Shown piece after piece: positions 1 to 12,358 of a stretch of DNA of 64,000 nt. Below the pieces are notes generated by a model that was not told where the DNA came from, ran no database searches, and was given only the letters and a program-made list of their open reading frames with translations. How positions within the stretch are numbered: the first letter of the stretch is position 1; each line of letters begins with the position of its first letter. Source of the stretch: Octopus vulgaris (Eukaryota); assembly GCA_951406725.2 (NCBI GenBank), contig OX597820.1:14818001-14882000 (forward strand). Reading direction: 5' to 3'. The position numbers and the translations under genes were made by a program.

Positions 1-330
1 CAGTAGGCACATCAAACTGCAGTGTTTCTATGGGTCACATTGCTCACTTACATGTTGCTATGGGGGGTCACGTATTTCTAAACATACGTTTACAAAGATT
101 TCTGTCACATACAATTTTTTACTATTAAGTAAAAGTCTTTTAGAATCTTTTATTTGCTCATCAATAATCTTATTTTTATTAATTAATTTTATTATTAAGA
201 ATTTTTCTTTCGTTTCCCCATTTTTTAAAGCTCTAGCCACGCGACTCGTAGGTTACCTTTGTGTTTGAAAAGAGCCACATGTGGCCTGAGCACCGCATGG
301 GGCCTGAGTACCACATGTTTGACATACCTG
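1..330. mobile_element. Possible hAT-like MITE remnant
   Basis: Right end GTTTGACATACCTG (317-330) resembles a hAT TIR, with a degenerate counterpart TAGGCACATCAAAC near base 4. Subterminal GGCCTGAG(C/T)ACC repeats are present. Confidence 0.35.
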
Positions 331-469
331 AAATAGACAATGGTGCTAAGCTTCAATGTCTTTTGGTATAGTTTTCCATGATTGGATGCCCTTCCTTATA
401 GAGTAATGGTTTTTAATTTTGTCTCAAGCCCTCCAGTTTTCATGGGGGAGTATTACTCAATACCATTGT

Positions 470-1850
470 CCTCAATTCATCACTGGTATTTTATTTCATA
501 GACCTCGAAAAGATGAAAGGCCAAGTTGGCTTCAGCAGGATTTGAACTCAGAATGTAAAGAGCCAGAAGAAATACCACGAAATATTTCTTCCGATGCTCT
601 AACGCTTCTACCATCTTGCTGTCTTAGTAATGTTTATAATGATTATGATTTCTAATAGGTACAAGACACCAGATTTGCTAGGTAGGCCCTATAGCCAGTT
701 ATATCAACCCCAGTATTTCACTGGTTCTTGTTTTATCAACCCTGGAAAGATGAAAGTTAAAAGGGTGGTGGATGTTTTTTTAATTTTTTTTTTTTATAAA
801 GGGATAAACTATACAAACATACCTTTAGTAAGAGAATTAACATTGTTAATAGAATAATTTCAGGAGGCAATTAAAACTGTGTTGGAAGCTCAGTTTAACA
901 CAAATTACTGTGTACATGTTTATTCATCATAATCATCGTTTAGCGTCCGTTTCCATGCTAGCATGGGTTGGACGGTTCGACCGGAGTCTGGCAAGCCAGG
1001 AGGCTGCACCAGGCTCCAATCTGATCTAGCAGTGTTTCTACAGCTGGATGCCCGTAATAATTCTTTCTACTATAGACACAAGGCCTGAAATGCTTGGGGA
1101 ACAGTACTTGTCAGTTGTATCAATCTCAGTACTCAGCTGGTACTTATTTCATCGACCCTTAAAGGGTGAAAGGTAAAGTCAACCTCAGCTGAATTTGAAC
1201 TCAGAACATAAAAAGCAAATGAAATGCTGCTAAGCATTTTGTCCAGCATACTTGACTGGGACTTGATTGTATTACCCTCCAAGGAATAAAAAAGCAAAAT
1301 CAGTCTTAGCAGGGTTTGAACTTGGAACTCCAAGAGCTAGCTGCGAAACATTTTGTATGATGTTCTAACAGGTCTGCCAATCCAGTCTTGATAATGATGT
1401 TAATTATAATTATAATCCTTTTAACTATAGGCACAAGGCCTGAAATTTTTGTGGGAGAGGGCTAGTTGATTACTTCAACCACAGTGCACAACTGGTACTT
1501 ATTTTATCAGCCCCAAAAAGATGAAAGGCAAAGGTGACCAATGTAAAATTTTAACTCGGTACATATAGACGGCTGAAGTTCCATTAAGCATTTTATATGA
1601 CATTAACGATTCTACTAGCTCGTTACCATAATAATAATAATAATGTTCAGTTTTTCTTCTATAGGCACATGGCCTGAAATTTGGAGGAATGGGCTAGTTT
1701 GACCCAAATTGTTGACTGGTACTTATTTCACTCACTTCAAAAAGATGAAAGGCAAAGTTGACCTCAGTAGAACTTGAACTCAGGACAAAGACAGACAAAA
1801 TTCCCATTAAGCATTTTGTTTGGCATTAACAATTCTACCAGCTTGCCACT
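470..1850 (-). mobile_element. Cluster of at least 5 family C tRNA-derived SINE copies/fragments
   Basis: Repeated CTGGTACTTATTT..ATCGACCC..GATGAAAGGCAAAGTTGACCTC..GAATTTGAACTCAG blocks at about 480, 720, 1140, 1495 and 1715, separated by (TAA)n. Confidence 0.85.
925..1053 (-). mobile_element. Family A (RTE LINE 3' end), 5'-truncated
   Basis: (CAT)n tail plus TTCCATGCTAGCATGGGTTGG..CTACAGCTGGATGCCC, the same block as the 45205-45774 copy. Confidence 0.85.
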
Positions 1851-3518
1851 TTAATAATAAGAATAACGATGATGATGATAGTAATAATAATAGTAATGAT
1901 AATAATAAGAATATTTCAAAGTCTTTCATAAACTACACATTTCAGGTGATGGCACATTGAAGCATTTAAGCTCCTTTCAACCTCAGCTAGAATAGCAAAA
2001 TGAAATGATCGTTAAAACAATGAAGAAAATGAGTTTGATGAGGAAGTTGATGGCGTCTTTGTTTCAAAGAAGATTTTGATGCATCTAATACAAAAGAACA
2101 ATAGCCAACAAATCAATTACCGCATTTCATCTCTTCGTTTTCATAATGTAATCTTCAAGCCCTTTAATTGATTTCCATGAATGGATTGGACGGGCATTTA
2201 TAGTGTATGTGACTTGGTACAAACTGCTATTATTAGAAGAAAAGGGTGGGGGGAAACAAAACCCCACTTTAATCTACTAGCTTCAAATGTGACCCCTTTA
2301 TTGGGTAAAGCAATAAAAGTGAGACATGTCTTTTGTTATTGCTTCCCTTCCCTACTGTCTCCTAATTTGCATATGCAAATTTGTTTTGCAATTTATAACT
2401 TAAATAGAATGTGTATTTTCAGCGTTTTTCTCTTCCTGTCTTTAGCCTTTCTTCGAAAAATGATTTATTTAACGGATGCATGTGTAGCTGCAACTTCATA
2501 CACATAAATACATACATACACACACCCAAACACACATATACATACGTACTTTGCATACGCTTACATTTTCGCAATCATGTTCTCAAATAAATACACATTG
2601 TTCCACCCTTATCTTTGTATATATTTTTTTGTTTTAAGACCATACATATTTGCACATATGTAAGCATGCATATTCACTCATATGTACACACACACACATA
2701 CATACATATTCACACATGTATGCACACACACACACACACTCATATCTGCACATGTACGCTTATACATACTTATATATCTACACGGACGCATATCCACGTA
2801 CGTACACATACACATACTTCTAATAAATATACATTAATATTCGTGAAAACACAATCACACTCAGCGTTCACTTATTTGCATACTAAACTCTCATTTTCCT
2901 CTACTTTGTTTCCTCTCTCTCTCTCTCTTTCACACACACACACACACGCACAAACTTACATCTTGCTCATATCAGCTCATAAACAGACATGAATTCTCTC
3001 CCATACTTACACTCTCCAATCACACATTGAAACATGCACAGGAAAAGAAATGGCAGTTTCTCTCTCTCACACACACACAGAATCACACTCATGCACGCCA
3101 CACATGCATTATATTTTCATCTGACAAGTTTGTTTTCTTGTGGAGCTTTGCTAAACATCACTGTCTTCTTCCATTCACCATTAGTCATACAGCTTGGCAC
3201 TAATGCCTGCCTCGTTGCCTTACCTGTCAAATCTAGTTCAACCAATCACTTCACTTCACTCACGCATTCGTTATTGATTTTCTACCAGTTTTGTGTTCTC
3301 AATAATATTCCCACAATCTATGTTTGTCTTTCTATCTGATTGTACTCTCTCTCTTTCTCTTTCTCCCCCTCTCTCTTCCTCCCTCTCTCTCTCCTCTCCC
3401 TCTCTCTCTCATACAGACACATACACTTCAGTATAAAGCTGGATTCACTGTTACATTCTACCATAAGTATCTTGTCATTTATATCATACAGCACTGTGAG
3501 TGTGTGTATGTGTATATA

Positions 3519-4470
3519 TCATCATCATCATCATCGTTTAACGTCTGCTTTCCATGCTGGCATGGGTTGGATGGTTTGACTGAATGCTGGCAAACCAGAT
3601 GGCTGCACCCGGCTCCAATCTTGATCTGGCAGAGTTTCTACAGCTGGATGCCCTTCCTAATGCCAACCACTCCGAGAGTGTGGTGGGTGCTTTTACATAC
3701 CACCAGCACAAGGGCCAGTCAGGTGGTACTGGCAACGGTCACGCCCAAATGGTGCTTTTTATGTACCACCTGCACAGGAACCAGTCCAGTGGCACTGGCA
3801 ACGACCTCGCTCGAATGGTTTTTTTTTATCTTAAGCATCATCATCATTGTTTAATGTCCGCTTTCCATGTTAGCATGGGTTGAACGTTGTGACTGAGGAC
3901 TGGCTAACCAGGTGGCTGCACCAGACTCCAATCTGATCTGGCAGAGTTTCTACAGCTGGATGCCCTTCCTAATGCCAACCACTCCAAGTGTGTAGTGGAT
4001 GCTTTTTATGTGCCACCAGCACAAGGGCCAGTCAGGTGCTACTGGCAACAGCCATGCTCAAATGGTGCTTTTTATGTGCCACCTGCACTGGAACCAGTCG
4101 AGCGGCACTGGCAATGACCTCGCTTGAATGTTTTTTCATGTGACACCAGCACAAGTGCTAGGAAGGCAACGCAGGTAACGATCATGTTTGAATGGTGTTT
4201 TTAACGTGCTATCGGCACGGAGGCCAGCTTGTTGCTCTGGCAACGATCTCACTCGTATAGTACTCTAGCAAGGATGCCAGTCGTTGAATTTGATTTCAAT
4301 TTCACTTGCCACAAACAGGTCTTGAGCAGCTTGGCAGCAACTGACAAGGCTGGTGGGGGTCACACTAGGTTCTGTAGTCTGTTTGGGGTTGGTTTCTATG
4401 GCTGGATGTCCTTCTAACAACCAACCACTTTACAGGGTTTACTTGGTGCTTTTTACACGGCTCCATCTCC
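3519..4470 (-). mobile_element. Two tandem family A (RTE 3' UTR) copies plus an older fragment
   Basis: (CAT)n tails at 3519 and 3837, the conserved CAGCTGGATGCCCTTCCTAATGCCAACCACTCC block, and ~62-bp internal repeats. Confidence 0.88.
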
Positions 4471-4477
4471 AGTGCAT

Positions 4478-4826
4478 TTTACTTTTACTTGTTTCAGTCA
4501 TTTGACTGTGGCCATGCTGGAGCACTGCCTTTAGTCAAGCAAATCAACCACAGGACTTATTCTTTGTAAGCCTAGTACTTATTCTATGAATCTCTTTTGC
4601 CGAACCGCTAAGTAACGGGGACATAAACACACCTGTATCAGTTGCCAAGCGTTGGTGGGGGTACAAACACAAACATTTCAGTTTCCGACTACCAAATCCA
4701 CTCACAAGGCTTTGGTCAGCCAGTGGCTATAGTAGAAGACACTTGTCCAAAGGGCTACACAGTGGGACTGAACCCGGAACCATGTGGTTGGTTAGCAAGC
4801 TACTTACCATACAGCCACTCCTGTGC
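4478..4826 (-). mobile_element. Family B tRNA-derived SINE (CORE-like body, CR1/L2-type tail)
   Basis: On the minus strand: A-box-like GGCTGTATGGTAAG, B-box-like GGTTCAGTCCC, and tail GCTCCAGCATGGCCACAGTCAAATGACTGAAACAAG. Confidence 0.88.
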
Positions 4827-5302
4827 ATGTGTGTGTGTATATATATATCATTCTTATTATTTTCTACCACTAACATATGAAACAGGCTATGATTACTAAC
4901 ACTATACACATTGTTTTGTACTATGTCTATTAATATATACATTTTAACATTTTCAACCAAGCTCTTTTCACCAGCATGTATCCACATTTCTACTACAAAT
5001 ACACACACACGCATGCACATATAGTTTATATAAATCACAGTATGCACGTGTGTGTATATTGACTAATGAATACATTTCCACAATTCTCAACTGATTTTCA
5101 ACAAACTTTACACTGTAGTAAAGATTGTTTGCCAACATAACATGGCAGTCCTGGTTTAGGACTAATGTTGCTATAATTTAGCCCCAGGAGACCCCGTCTC
5201 CAGCTGGCTATACAACATGATATGTGTCCTTACACTTTCGAACAAGTGAATCTAGCACCCCCACTCTGCTCAAAACAATATCAGTATATCGTGATTTCTG
5301 GG

Positions 5303-5890
5303 TTCTACCAAAATTATTACATTCTACCAGATATATTTTTTATACTTCTACCAATATTATTACCTTCTACCAGATATGTTCTTTGTACTTCTACCAAAAT
5401 TATTGCATGCTACCAGATATGTTCTTTATACTTCTACCAAAATTATTACATTCTGCTAGATATGTTCTTTGTACTTCTACCAATATAATTACCTTCTACC
5501 AGATGTGTTCTTTGTACTTCTACCAATATTATTACCTTCTACCAGATATGTTCTTTGTACTTCTACCAAAATTATTGCATGCTACCAGATATGTTCTTTA
5601 TACTTCTACCAAAATTATTACATTCTGCCAGATATGTTCTTTGTACTTCTACCAATATAATTACCCTCTACCAGATGTGTTCTTTGTACTTCTACCAATA
5701 TTATTACCTTCTACCACATATGTTCTCTGTATTTCTACTTATATTTCATTCTACCAGATACGGTCTCTCTACTTCTACCAATATTTCATTCTACCAATAT
5801 TATGCCATTTTACCAGATATGTCTTCTACCTATGTTATATTATTCTAACATATGTTCTGTGTTTCTACCGATATCATTTCATTCTACCAA
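5303..5890. repeat. 43-bp minisatellite (19+24 bp TTCTACCA sub-units) with a 172-bp higher-order repeat
   Basis: TTCTACCA recurs every 19/24 bp. The diagnostic variant TATTGCATGCTACC occurs at 5401 and 5573, 172 bp (4x43) apart. Confidence 0.92.
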
Positions 5891-6260
5891 ACATATTCTC
5901 TCTGTTTCTCTCTTTTTGTTTCTTTGCTGTCTTACATGTCATTTATGTTACAAATCATATTTACAGTTCCTATTCATATTCTGTGTATTGATTAATTTAT
6001 TCAGTTCATTGATTCTGTTTGTTTATTGATTTATCCCGTTCATTCATTAACAACCACCTATTTCCTTTCTATTCATACCACAAACAATTCAAGACAGTAC
6101 ATGTCTTACACCCATTGACCAATGCACTATCTGTGTCATCTTGTCCACTTATATTGTGTGGCTGCCTGATCTAGCTTTTGGCCTTCACGTCTGTCTCTGT
6201 CCCAAGGCTACCCTTGACATAGTTTGAACCAGCACATGTCTTTTAAGCAGCAGTGCAAGT

Positions 6261-6632
6261 GGAGGCGCAATGGCCCAGTGGTTAGGGCAGCGGACTCGCG
6301 GTCGGAGGATCGCAGTTTCGATTCCCAGACCGTGCGTTGTGTGTGTTTATTGAGTGAAAACACCTAAAGCTCCACGAGGCTCCGGCAGGGGATGGTGGCA
6401 ACCCCTGTTGTACTCTTTCGCTACAACTTTCTCTCACTCTTTCTTCCTGTTTCTTGTCCCCGACTTCCTACGCAACCGCTGAGCCTGGATGTGCATTCAT
6501 CCATCCGTCGATGCTCTCGGTGTCGGGGGTTGACCTGCTTTCTCTTCTGCGGGTCTTACGAATAGCAAAGGACCACGTTTCGGACTTCTCGAAGACCATT
6601 TGCTCAACAAACAAACAAAAAAACAAACAAAC
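6261..6632 (+). mobile_element. Family D tRNA-derived SINE, variant with a structured GC-rich body and (AAAC)n tail
   Basis: GGAGGCGCAATGGCCCAGTGGTTAGG (A box) and GTTTCGATTCCC (B box). The head is shared with 21382, 36634 and 48796. TSD-like GCAGCAG(T/G)GCAA flanks both sides. Confidence 0.85.
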
Positions 6633-6786
6633 AGGCAGCAGGGCAATCACTTCAAGATATGTTATCAAACCATTTATGCCAAAACTGAGGCAATGGAGCA
6701 AGACATGGTCCTCTCACATGTTGGATTCTGTTGAACTGTCCACCAATGCCAGTATGGAAAGAGTATGTGAAATAATTATGGTGATG

Positions 6787-7680
6787 TCATCATCATTGTT
6801 TAACGTCCGCTTTCCATGCTAGCATGGGTTGGATGGTTCAACTGGGGTCTGGGAAGCCCGAAGGCTGCACCAGGCCAGTCAGATGTGGCAGTGTTTCTAC
6901 AGCTGGATGCCCTTCCTAACGCCAACCACTCCGAGAGTGTAGTGGGTGATTTTATGTGCCACCGACACAGGTGCCAGACGAGGCTGGCAGACGGCCACGC
7001 TCGGATGGTGTTTTCTTATGTGTCACCGACACAGGTGCCAGACGAGGCTGGCAGACGGCCACGCTCGGATGGTGTTTTCTTATGTGTCACCGACACAGGT
7101 GCCAGACGAGGCTGGCGGACGGCCACGCTCGGATGGTGTTTGTTACGTGCCCTCAGCACGGAGGCCAGTCATTGCGGTACTGGCTACGGTCACGTTCGGA
7201 TGGTTTTCTTATGTGCCACCGGCACTGGTACCACGTGTATTTATATGTTTATGTATGTGAGTGTATGTATTCATGTGCGAGTATATACACACATACATAT
7301 TTTTATAAATATGTATATGTACACTTGATTATATGGATATATCATCTTCGTTTAGCGCCCGCTTTCCATGCTGGCATGGGTTGGACGGTTTGACTGAGGA
7401 CTGGTGAGCCAGAAGGCTACACCAGGCTCTATCTGATCTGGCAACGACCACACTCAAAAGGTGTTTTTTACGTGCTACCTGCACAGGAGCCAGTCCGGCA
7501 GCACTGGCAACAACCACGCTCAAATGTTGTTTTTCACATGCCACCGGCACATGTGCCAGTAGGGGGACATTGGCAACGATCATGCTTGAATAGTGCTTTT
7601 CACATGTCACCCAGCATGGGAGCCAATCTGTGGCCCTAGCAACATTCACGCTCAGATGTGCTTTTAAAGTTCCACTGATA
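6787..7680 (-). mobile_element. Two family A (RTE 3' UTR) copies; the first has 3 near-perfect 64-bp tandem units
   Basis: ACCGACACAGGTGCCAGACGAGG at 6961, 7025 and 7089. The second copy's tail starts at about 7341. Confidence 0.88.
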
Positions 7681-7734
7681 CATACATATATATGTGTGTG
7701 TGTGTGTGTGTGTGCCTGTATATTATATGAATGT

Positions 7735-8070
7735 GAAGGTGCATGACTCAATGGTTAGAGTCTTGGGTTTACAGTTGTGGGGTTGCGAGTTCGATTCCTG
7801 GACTGGGCTGTGTGTTGTGTTCTTGAGCCAGATAACTTTATTTCACATTGCTCCAGTTCACTCAGCTGTAGAAATGAGTTGCGATGCCACTGGGGCCAAG
7901 CTGTATTGGCCTTTACTTTTCCCTTGGATAACACCTGTGGCATGGAACGGGGGAAGGTTGGTATGCATGGGCAAATGCTGGTTTCCCACAAAACAACCTT
8001 GCTCAGACTTATGTCTCAGAGGTGAACTTTCTAGGTGCAATCCCATGGTCACTTGTGCTTGAAGGGAGTC
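7735..8070 (+). mobile_element. Family E tRNA-derived SINE (CORE-like)
   Basis: tRNA head ATGGTTAGAG..GAGTTCGATTCC, then GTGTTGTGTTCTTGAGC..ACTTTATTTCACATTGCTCCAGTTCACTCAGCTG. Matches 47297-47639 on the minus strand. Confidence 0.82.
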
Positions 8071-8117
8071 TGCATATATGAATATCTCTCTCTATATATA
8101 TGTGTGTGTGTGTGTGT

Positions 8118-8468
8118 GGCACAGGTGTGGCTGTGTAGTAAGTAACTTGCTTTTGAACCACATGGTTCTGGGTTCAGTCCCACTACGTGACACCTTGAGC
8201 AAGTGTCTTCTACTATAGCCTCAGGTCAACCAAAGCCTTGTGAGTAGATTTCATAGACAGAAACTGAAAGAAGCCCATCACACACACACATATATAGATA
8301 TATGTGTGTGTCTGTGTTTACATCCCCATAACTTTGTGGTTCAGCAAGACCGATGGAATAAGTACTAGGCATACAAAGAATAAGTCCTGGGGTTGATTTG
8401 TTTGGCTAAAGGCGGCGCTCCTGCATGGCCGCAGTCAAATGACTGAAACAAGTAAAAGAATAAAAGAA
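8118..8468 (+). mobile_element. Family B SINE
   Basis: GGCTGTGTAGTAAG head, CCTTGAGCAAGTGTCTTC core, internal (CA)/(TG) tract, and tail CAGTCAAATGACTGAAACAAGTAAAAG. Confidence 0.88.
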
Positions 8469-8830
8469 TTATGTATGTATAAGTATGTATGTCATCTTGT
8501 TTTTGATGCCCATGTTCCATACTAGCAATGGCTGGTTGGTTTCACCAGATCCTACAAACCTGAAGACTGCATCCTGTTCAAATATCTGCTTTGGCATGGT
8601 TTCTGTGACTGGGTGCCATCCCTAATACCAATCCCTTTACAGCATGTATTAGATGGGTTGTAAGGACACTAGTGAGGTCAGCCTGCTAAACCAAGATGCT
8701 CTTTTGACTGAGTGGGGGTACAGTAGAGAGAGAAGATGCTTAAGGCCAAAGGAGTTAAAGTGGGAGAGAAGGGGTCAGAAGAGATTTCTTGAGGAGCTGC
8801 ACAGTTTTGATTAAGAGATAATACTATCCT

Positions 8831-9042
8831 TTATTTTACTCTTTTATTTGTTTCAATCATTTGACTGTGGCCATGCTGGAGCACCACCTTTAGTCGAGCA
8901 AATCGACCCCAGGACTTATTCTTTGGAAGCCTGGTACTTATTCTATCAGTCTCTCTTGCCGAAACACTGACGGGGATGTAAACACCAACATCGGTTGTCA
9001 AGTGATGTTGGTGGGGACAAACACAGATACACAAACATACAC

Positions 9043-9099
<57 letters not shown>

Positions 9100-9261
9100 C
9101 AACGGGCTTCTTTCAGTTTCCATCTACCATACCCACTCACATGGCTTTGGTCGGCCTGAAGCTATAGTAGAAGACACTTGCCCAAGGTGCCATGCAGTGG
9201 AACTGAACCCAGAACCATGTGGTTAGTAAGCAAGCTACTTACCACACACCCATTCCTGCAC
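8831..9261 (-). mobile_element. Family B SINE
   Basis: Full-length reverse copy with an internal (CA)n tract. Confidence 0.9.
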
Positions 9262-9436
9262 CTTTATTTATAATTGTTTTGTTATCTATTCCTGGGATTT
9301 GTGTGAATGGTAAATTAAGAAGTTTGCGAGAAACTTGATCAAGAACTCACTGTCTACATAGGCTACGATGGACATTTCAAGCTATAGCTGCTAAACGTGT
9401 GCAGTCAGTAGCTACCCACACATCATGTTGTGGGCA

Positions 9437-9669
9437 CCTGCAAGTTTGGGCTTGTGAGATGTGCAAAAATACACACGTTTCTGTGAAAATCTAATACCGT
9501 TACATTCGGTTCTCTTGAGAGTGCAAGAACTGGATGTCTTCCGACTGGTCACAGTTGTCTGTTAATCGCAAGTCTAGACTTGTGGGAGTTGTTAAAATAT
9601 GTAGGTTTCTGTTGAAAAAAAATCAACATGCCCACATCCGGTTCTCTCAAGGGTGTAAGAATTGGATAT
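9437..9669. repeat. Degenerate ~130-bp tandem dimer, each unit containing two hairpins
   Basis: ACAT(T/C)CGGTTCTC..AGAA(C/T)TGGAT(G/A)T at 9502 and 9634; GCAAGT(T/C)T(G/A)G(G/A)CTTGTG at about 9440 and 9568. Confidence 0.65.
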
Positions 9670-9759
9670 AATCAAACTTGTTGAACTTCTTAATTTATTT
9701 CAGATGATATGTAAGCTTTCATACATACGTATGTAGGTACATACACATATACACATATT

Positions 9760-9990
9760 GGCGGTGAGCTGGCAGAAACGTTAGCACGCCAGGTGAAATG
9801 CTTAGCAGTATTTCGTCTGTCACCACGTTCTGAGTTCAAATTCCGCCGAGGTCGACTTTGCCTTTCATCCTTTCAGGGTTGATTAAATAAGTACCAGTTA
9901 CGCACTGGGGTCGATGCAATTGACTTAATCCATTTGTCTGTCTTTGTTTATCCCCTCTGTGTTTAGCCCCTTGTGGGTAGTAAAGAAATA
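9760..9990 (+). mobile_element. Family C SINE, tail type 1
   Basis: GGCGGTGAGCTGGCAGAAACGTTAGC..GAGTTCAAATTCC..GTCGACTTTGCCTTTCATCC..TTTAGCCCCTTGTGGGTAGTAAAGAAATA. Confidence 0.9.
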
Positions 9991-10524
9991 GGTACATACA
10001 CATATACATGCACATACATGCATATGTACACACATACACGCACATTTGTGTACAGACACACAGACAAGGCAAGCTTCCATACAGTTTCTATCAACCAATT
10101 CCACGTACAGTTTCTATCAACCAATTCCATGTGGTAGGCACATGTGACAAAGCTATATCTCTTTTTAATTACAGGTATATTCCACCCGACTGGTTTCTAT
10201 CCTATTTGAGTCTACCTAGTTTCACTCCAACAAAACATGGGTCAACCTAAAGCTTTAGGACATTACGTTATCAAACCCAGGGCCTTTTAATTACAAAAAT
10301 AAATCTTCTTAACCATTTGCACTATATACTGTATAACATTTGCAATAGGGTCTACTTATAATCTAATATCGGATTTAATTACTCTACATCCTTAATACTG
10401 GTCTATATATGTTCAATGTCTTAAATTATTATTTCATCACATATGTGACTATATATAGCCTATTGCTATGGTAACTGATTGTATAGAGAATAAACACCAG
10501 TTGGCATCACATTTTATATGTGTG

Positions 10525-10608
10525 CATGTATATATATACATATATATACACATATATATATACATATATATACATATATTTACATATATATATACATATA
10601 TATACATC

Positions 10609-10639
<31 letters not shown>

Positions 10640-10652
10640 GTACATACATACA
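10525..10652. repeat. (TA)n/(TACA)n microsatellite
   Basis: Directly visible. Confidence 0.9.
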
Positions 10653-12029
10653 AACATTCTATTTTTGTCCTTTTTTTTTTAGTTGGCACATATTAGAAAG
10701 TTGCTGGGAAGTTAGTGTTTTATCTTTTCTCATGAATGATATAAGAATATGACAAAATATTATTGTTCTTTTTTTCTGAAATGTATTGACTTTTAATCTA
10801 CCCCACCACGACCACCACCACCTCCACCAGCACTACCATTTCGCAACAAAGAAATATTAATTTGTTTGTTGCAGAATTTTTTTTTTTTTTTTTTTTTTGC
10901 CTTAGCTTAATATTTAAAGTATGCGTTTAGTTCTTGTTAGAAGCTGACATTCATGAAAAACTAAGTAAAAATGGAGAGGGTTGTATATATATATACGATA
11001 TAATAATTCTACATAGCACCCACCAAAACCACAGAAATGTTGATTTCAAAGTTCTTCTAAAAGTTTCCTTTTTGAAATAACTCTGGTAATTCCAACTTCA
11101 GTTGGTTTCCTTTTTAGTCACACATGAATTTTTATCTTATTTTATTATTATTATTATTTTTATTATTATTATTATCATTATTATTATTATTATTATTTTG
11201 AGATTTCTGGAATGCGGTTTCTGTTATTGACAAAAGTTTACTGATCTTCTTGAGACTTCAGACAGGAATCTTTTGATTTGAAAATAGCTGCCCTTATTGA
11301 GGATAATAATGTAATTGAACTCATTGCTCACTGATGTTTGAGAGAGAGAGAGAGAGAGAGAGAGAGTGTGTGTGTGAGAGAGAGAGAAAACACTCACATC
11401 TATAGAAACATAGATGTTTAATATTCCACCATGAAAATATGCTCTCACACATTTACAAACACACAAACATCTTATATAATAGACAGAGCAGTTCCTTTGT
11501 ATATTTTCTTAAGACTGAGCTGTTAGTCCATTCTTTAATATGATTTCTTTTTGTGTCTACATACACCACTAGACTTTGTCTTTGATGCTATACTCTAAGA
11601 TCTCTCATTATTAGACTCATCTAAAATCTAGCAGTTGTTTTCTCTTTTGACAGATATTACTCAAACAGTACAGTTGTCCCGTTGGTTTGATGACATGACA
11701 CATTTTTCAATATTCAATTAATCATTCTCATTTTTAATGTTTGGTGTATTTGGCAGTGACATTGATTGGTCTGCACATCAATACGTTTGCCATTTACATT
11801 ACTTCACAATGCAGTAGTCGTCTCATTCTTCCCCCAGTCTTGAGTTTACACTGTAGACATTAATAAAGTATAGTGAAAGATGCATTGGTTCACTGACACA
11901 TTGATGGTTAACTACTTAAAGTTGTTGAAGTTTGTCCATCTTCTTGTCACTCACTGTAGTTTGCTCTTGCACTTTTGATTTTCTGTTATGAGATTTGTGT
12001 CTAGGGCTTTTATACTTAGCTGAAATCTA

Positions 12030-12129
12030 GCATGTGTATATATATATACACTAACTCACGTCTATATATATATATATATATATACACTCACTAACACATT
12101 TATATATACATATATATATATATATAATG

Positions 12130-12188
<59 letters not shown>

Positions 12189-12214
12189 TAACACACTTTC
12201 ATATATATATACTA

Positions 12215-12245
<31 letters not shown>

Positions 12246-12265
12246 CACACACACTAACACACTTT

Positions 12266-12296
<31 letters not shown>

Positions 12297-12307
12297 GTAT
12301 ATATGTA

Positions 12308-12357
<50 letters not shown>

Positions 12358-12358
12358 C
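12030..12358. repeat. Compound (TA)n/(CA)n microsatellite with recurring CACTAACAC motif
   Basis: Directly visible. Confidence 0.9.

Noticed and set aside
58-240. ORF starting MARALKNGETKEKFLI, superficially like an H-NS C-terminus
   Set aside because: AT-rich interior of a probable MITE in eukaryotic DNA; chance resemblance.
6261-6332. tRNA gene call for SINE heads (D, E, B, C)
   Set aside because: The heads are fused to SINE bodies, are multi-copy and variably decayed, and lack clean cloverleaves.
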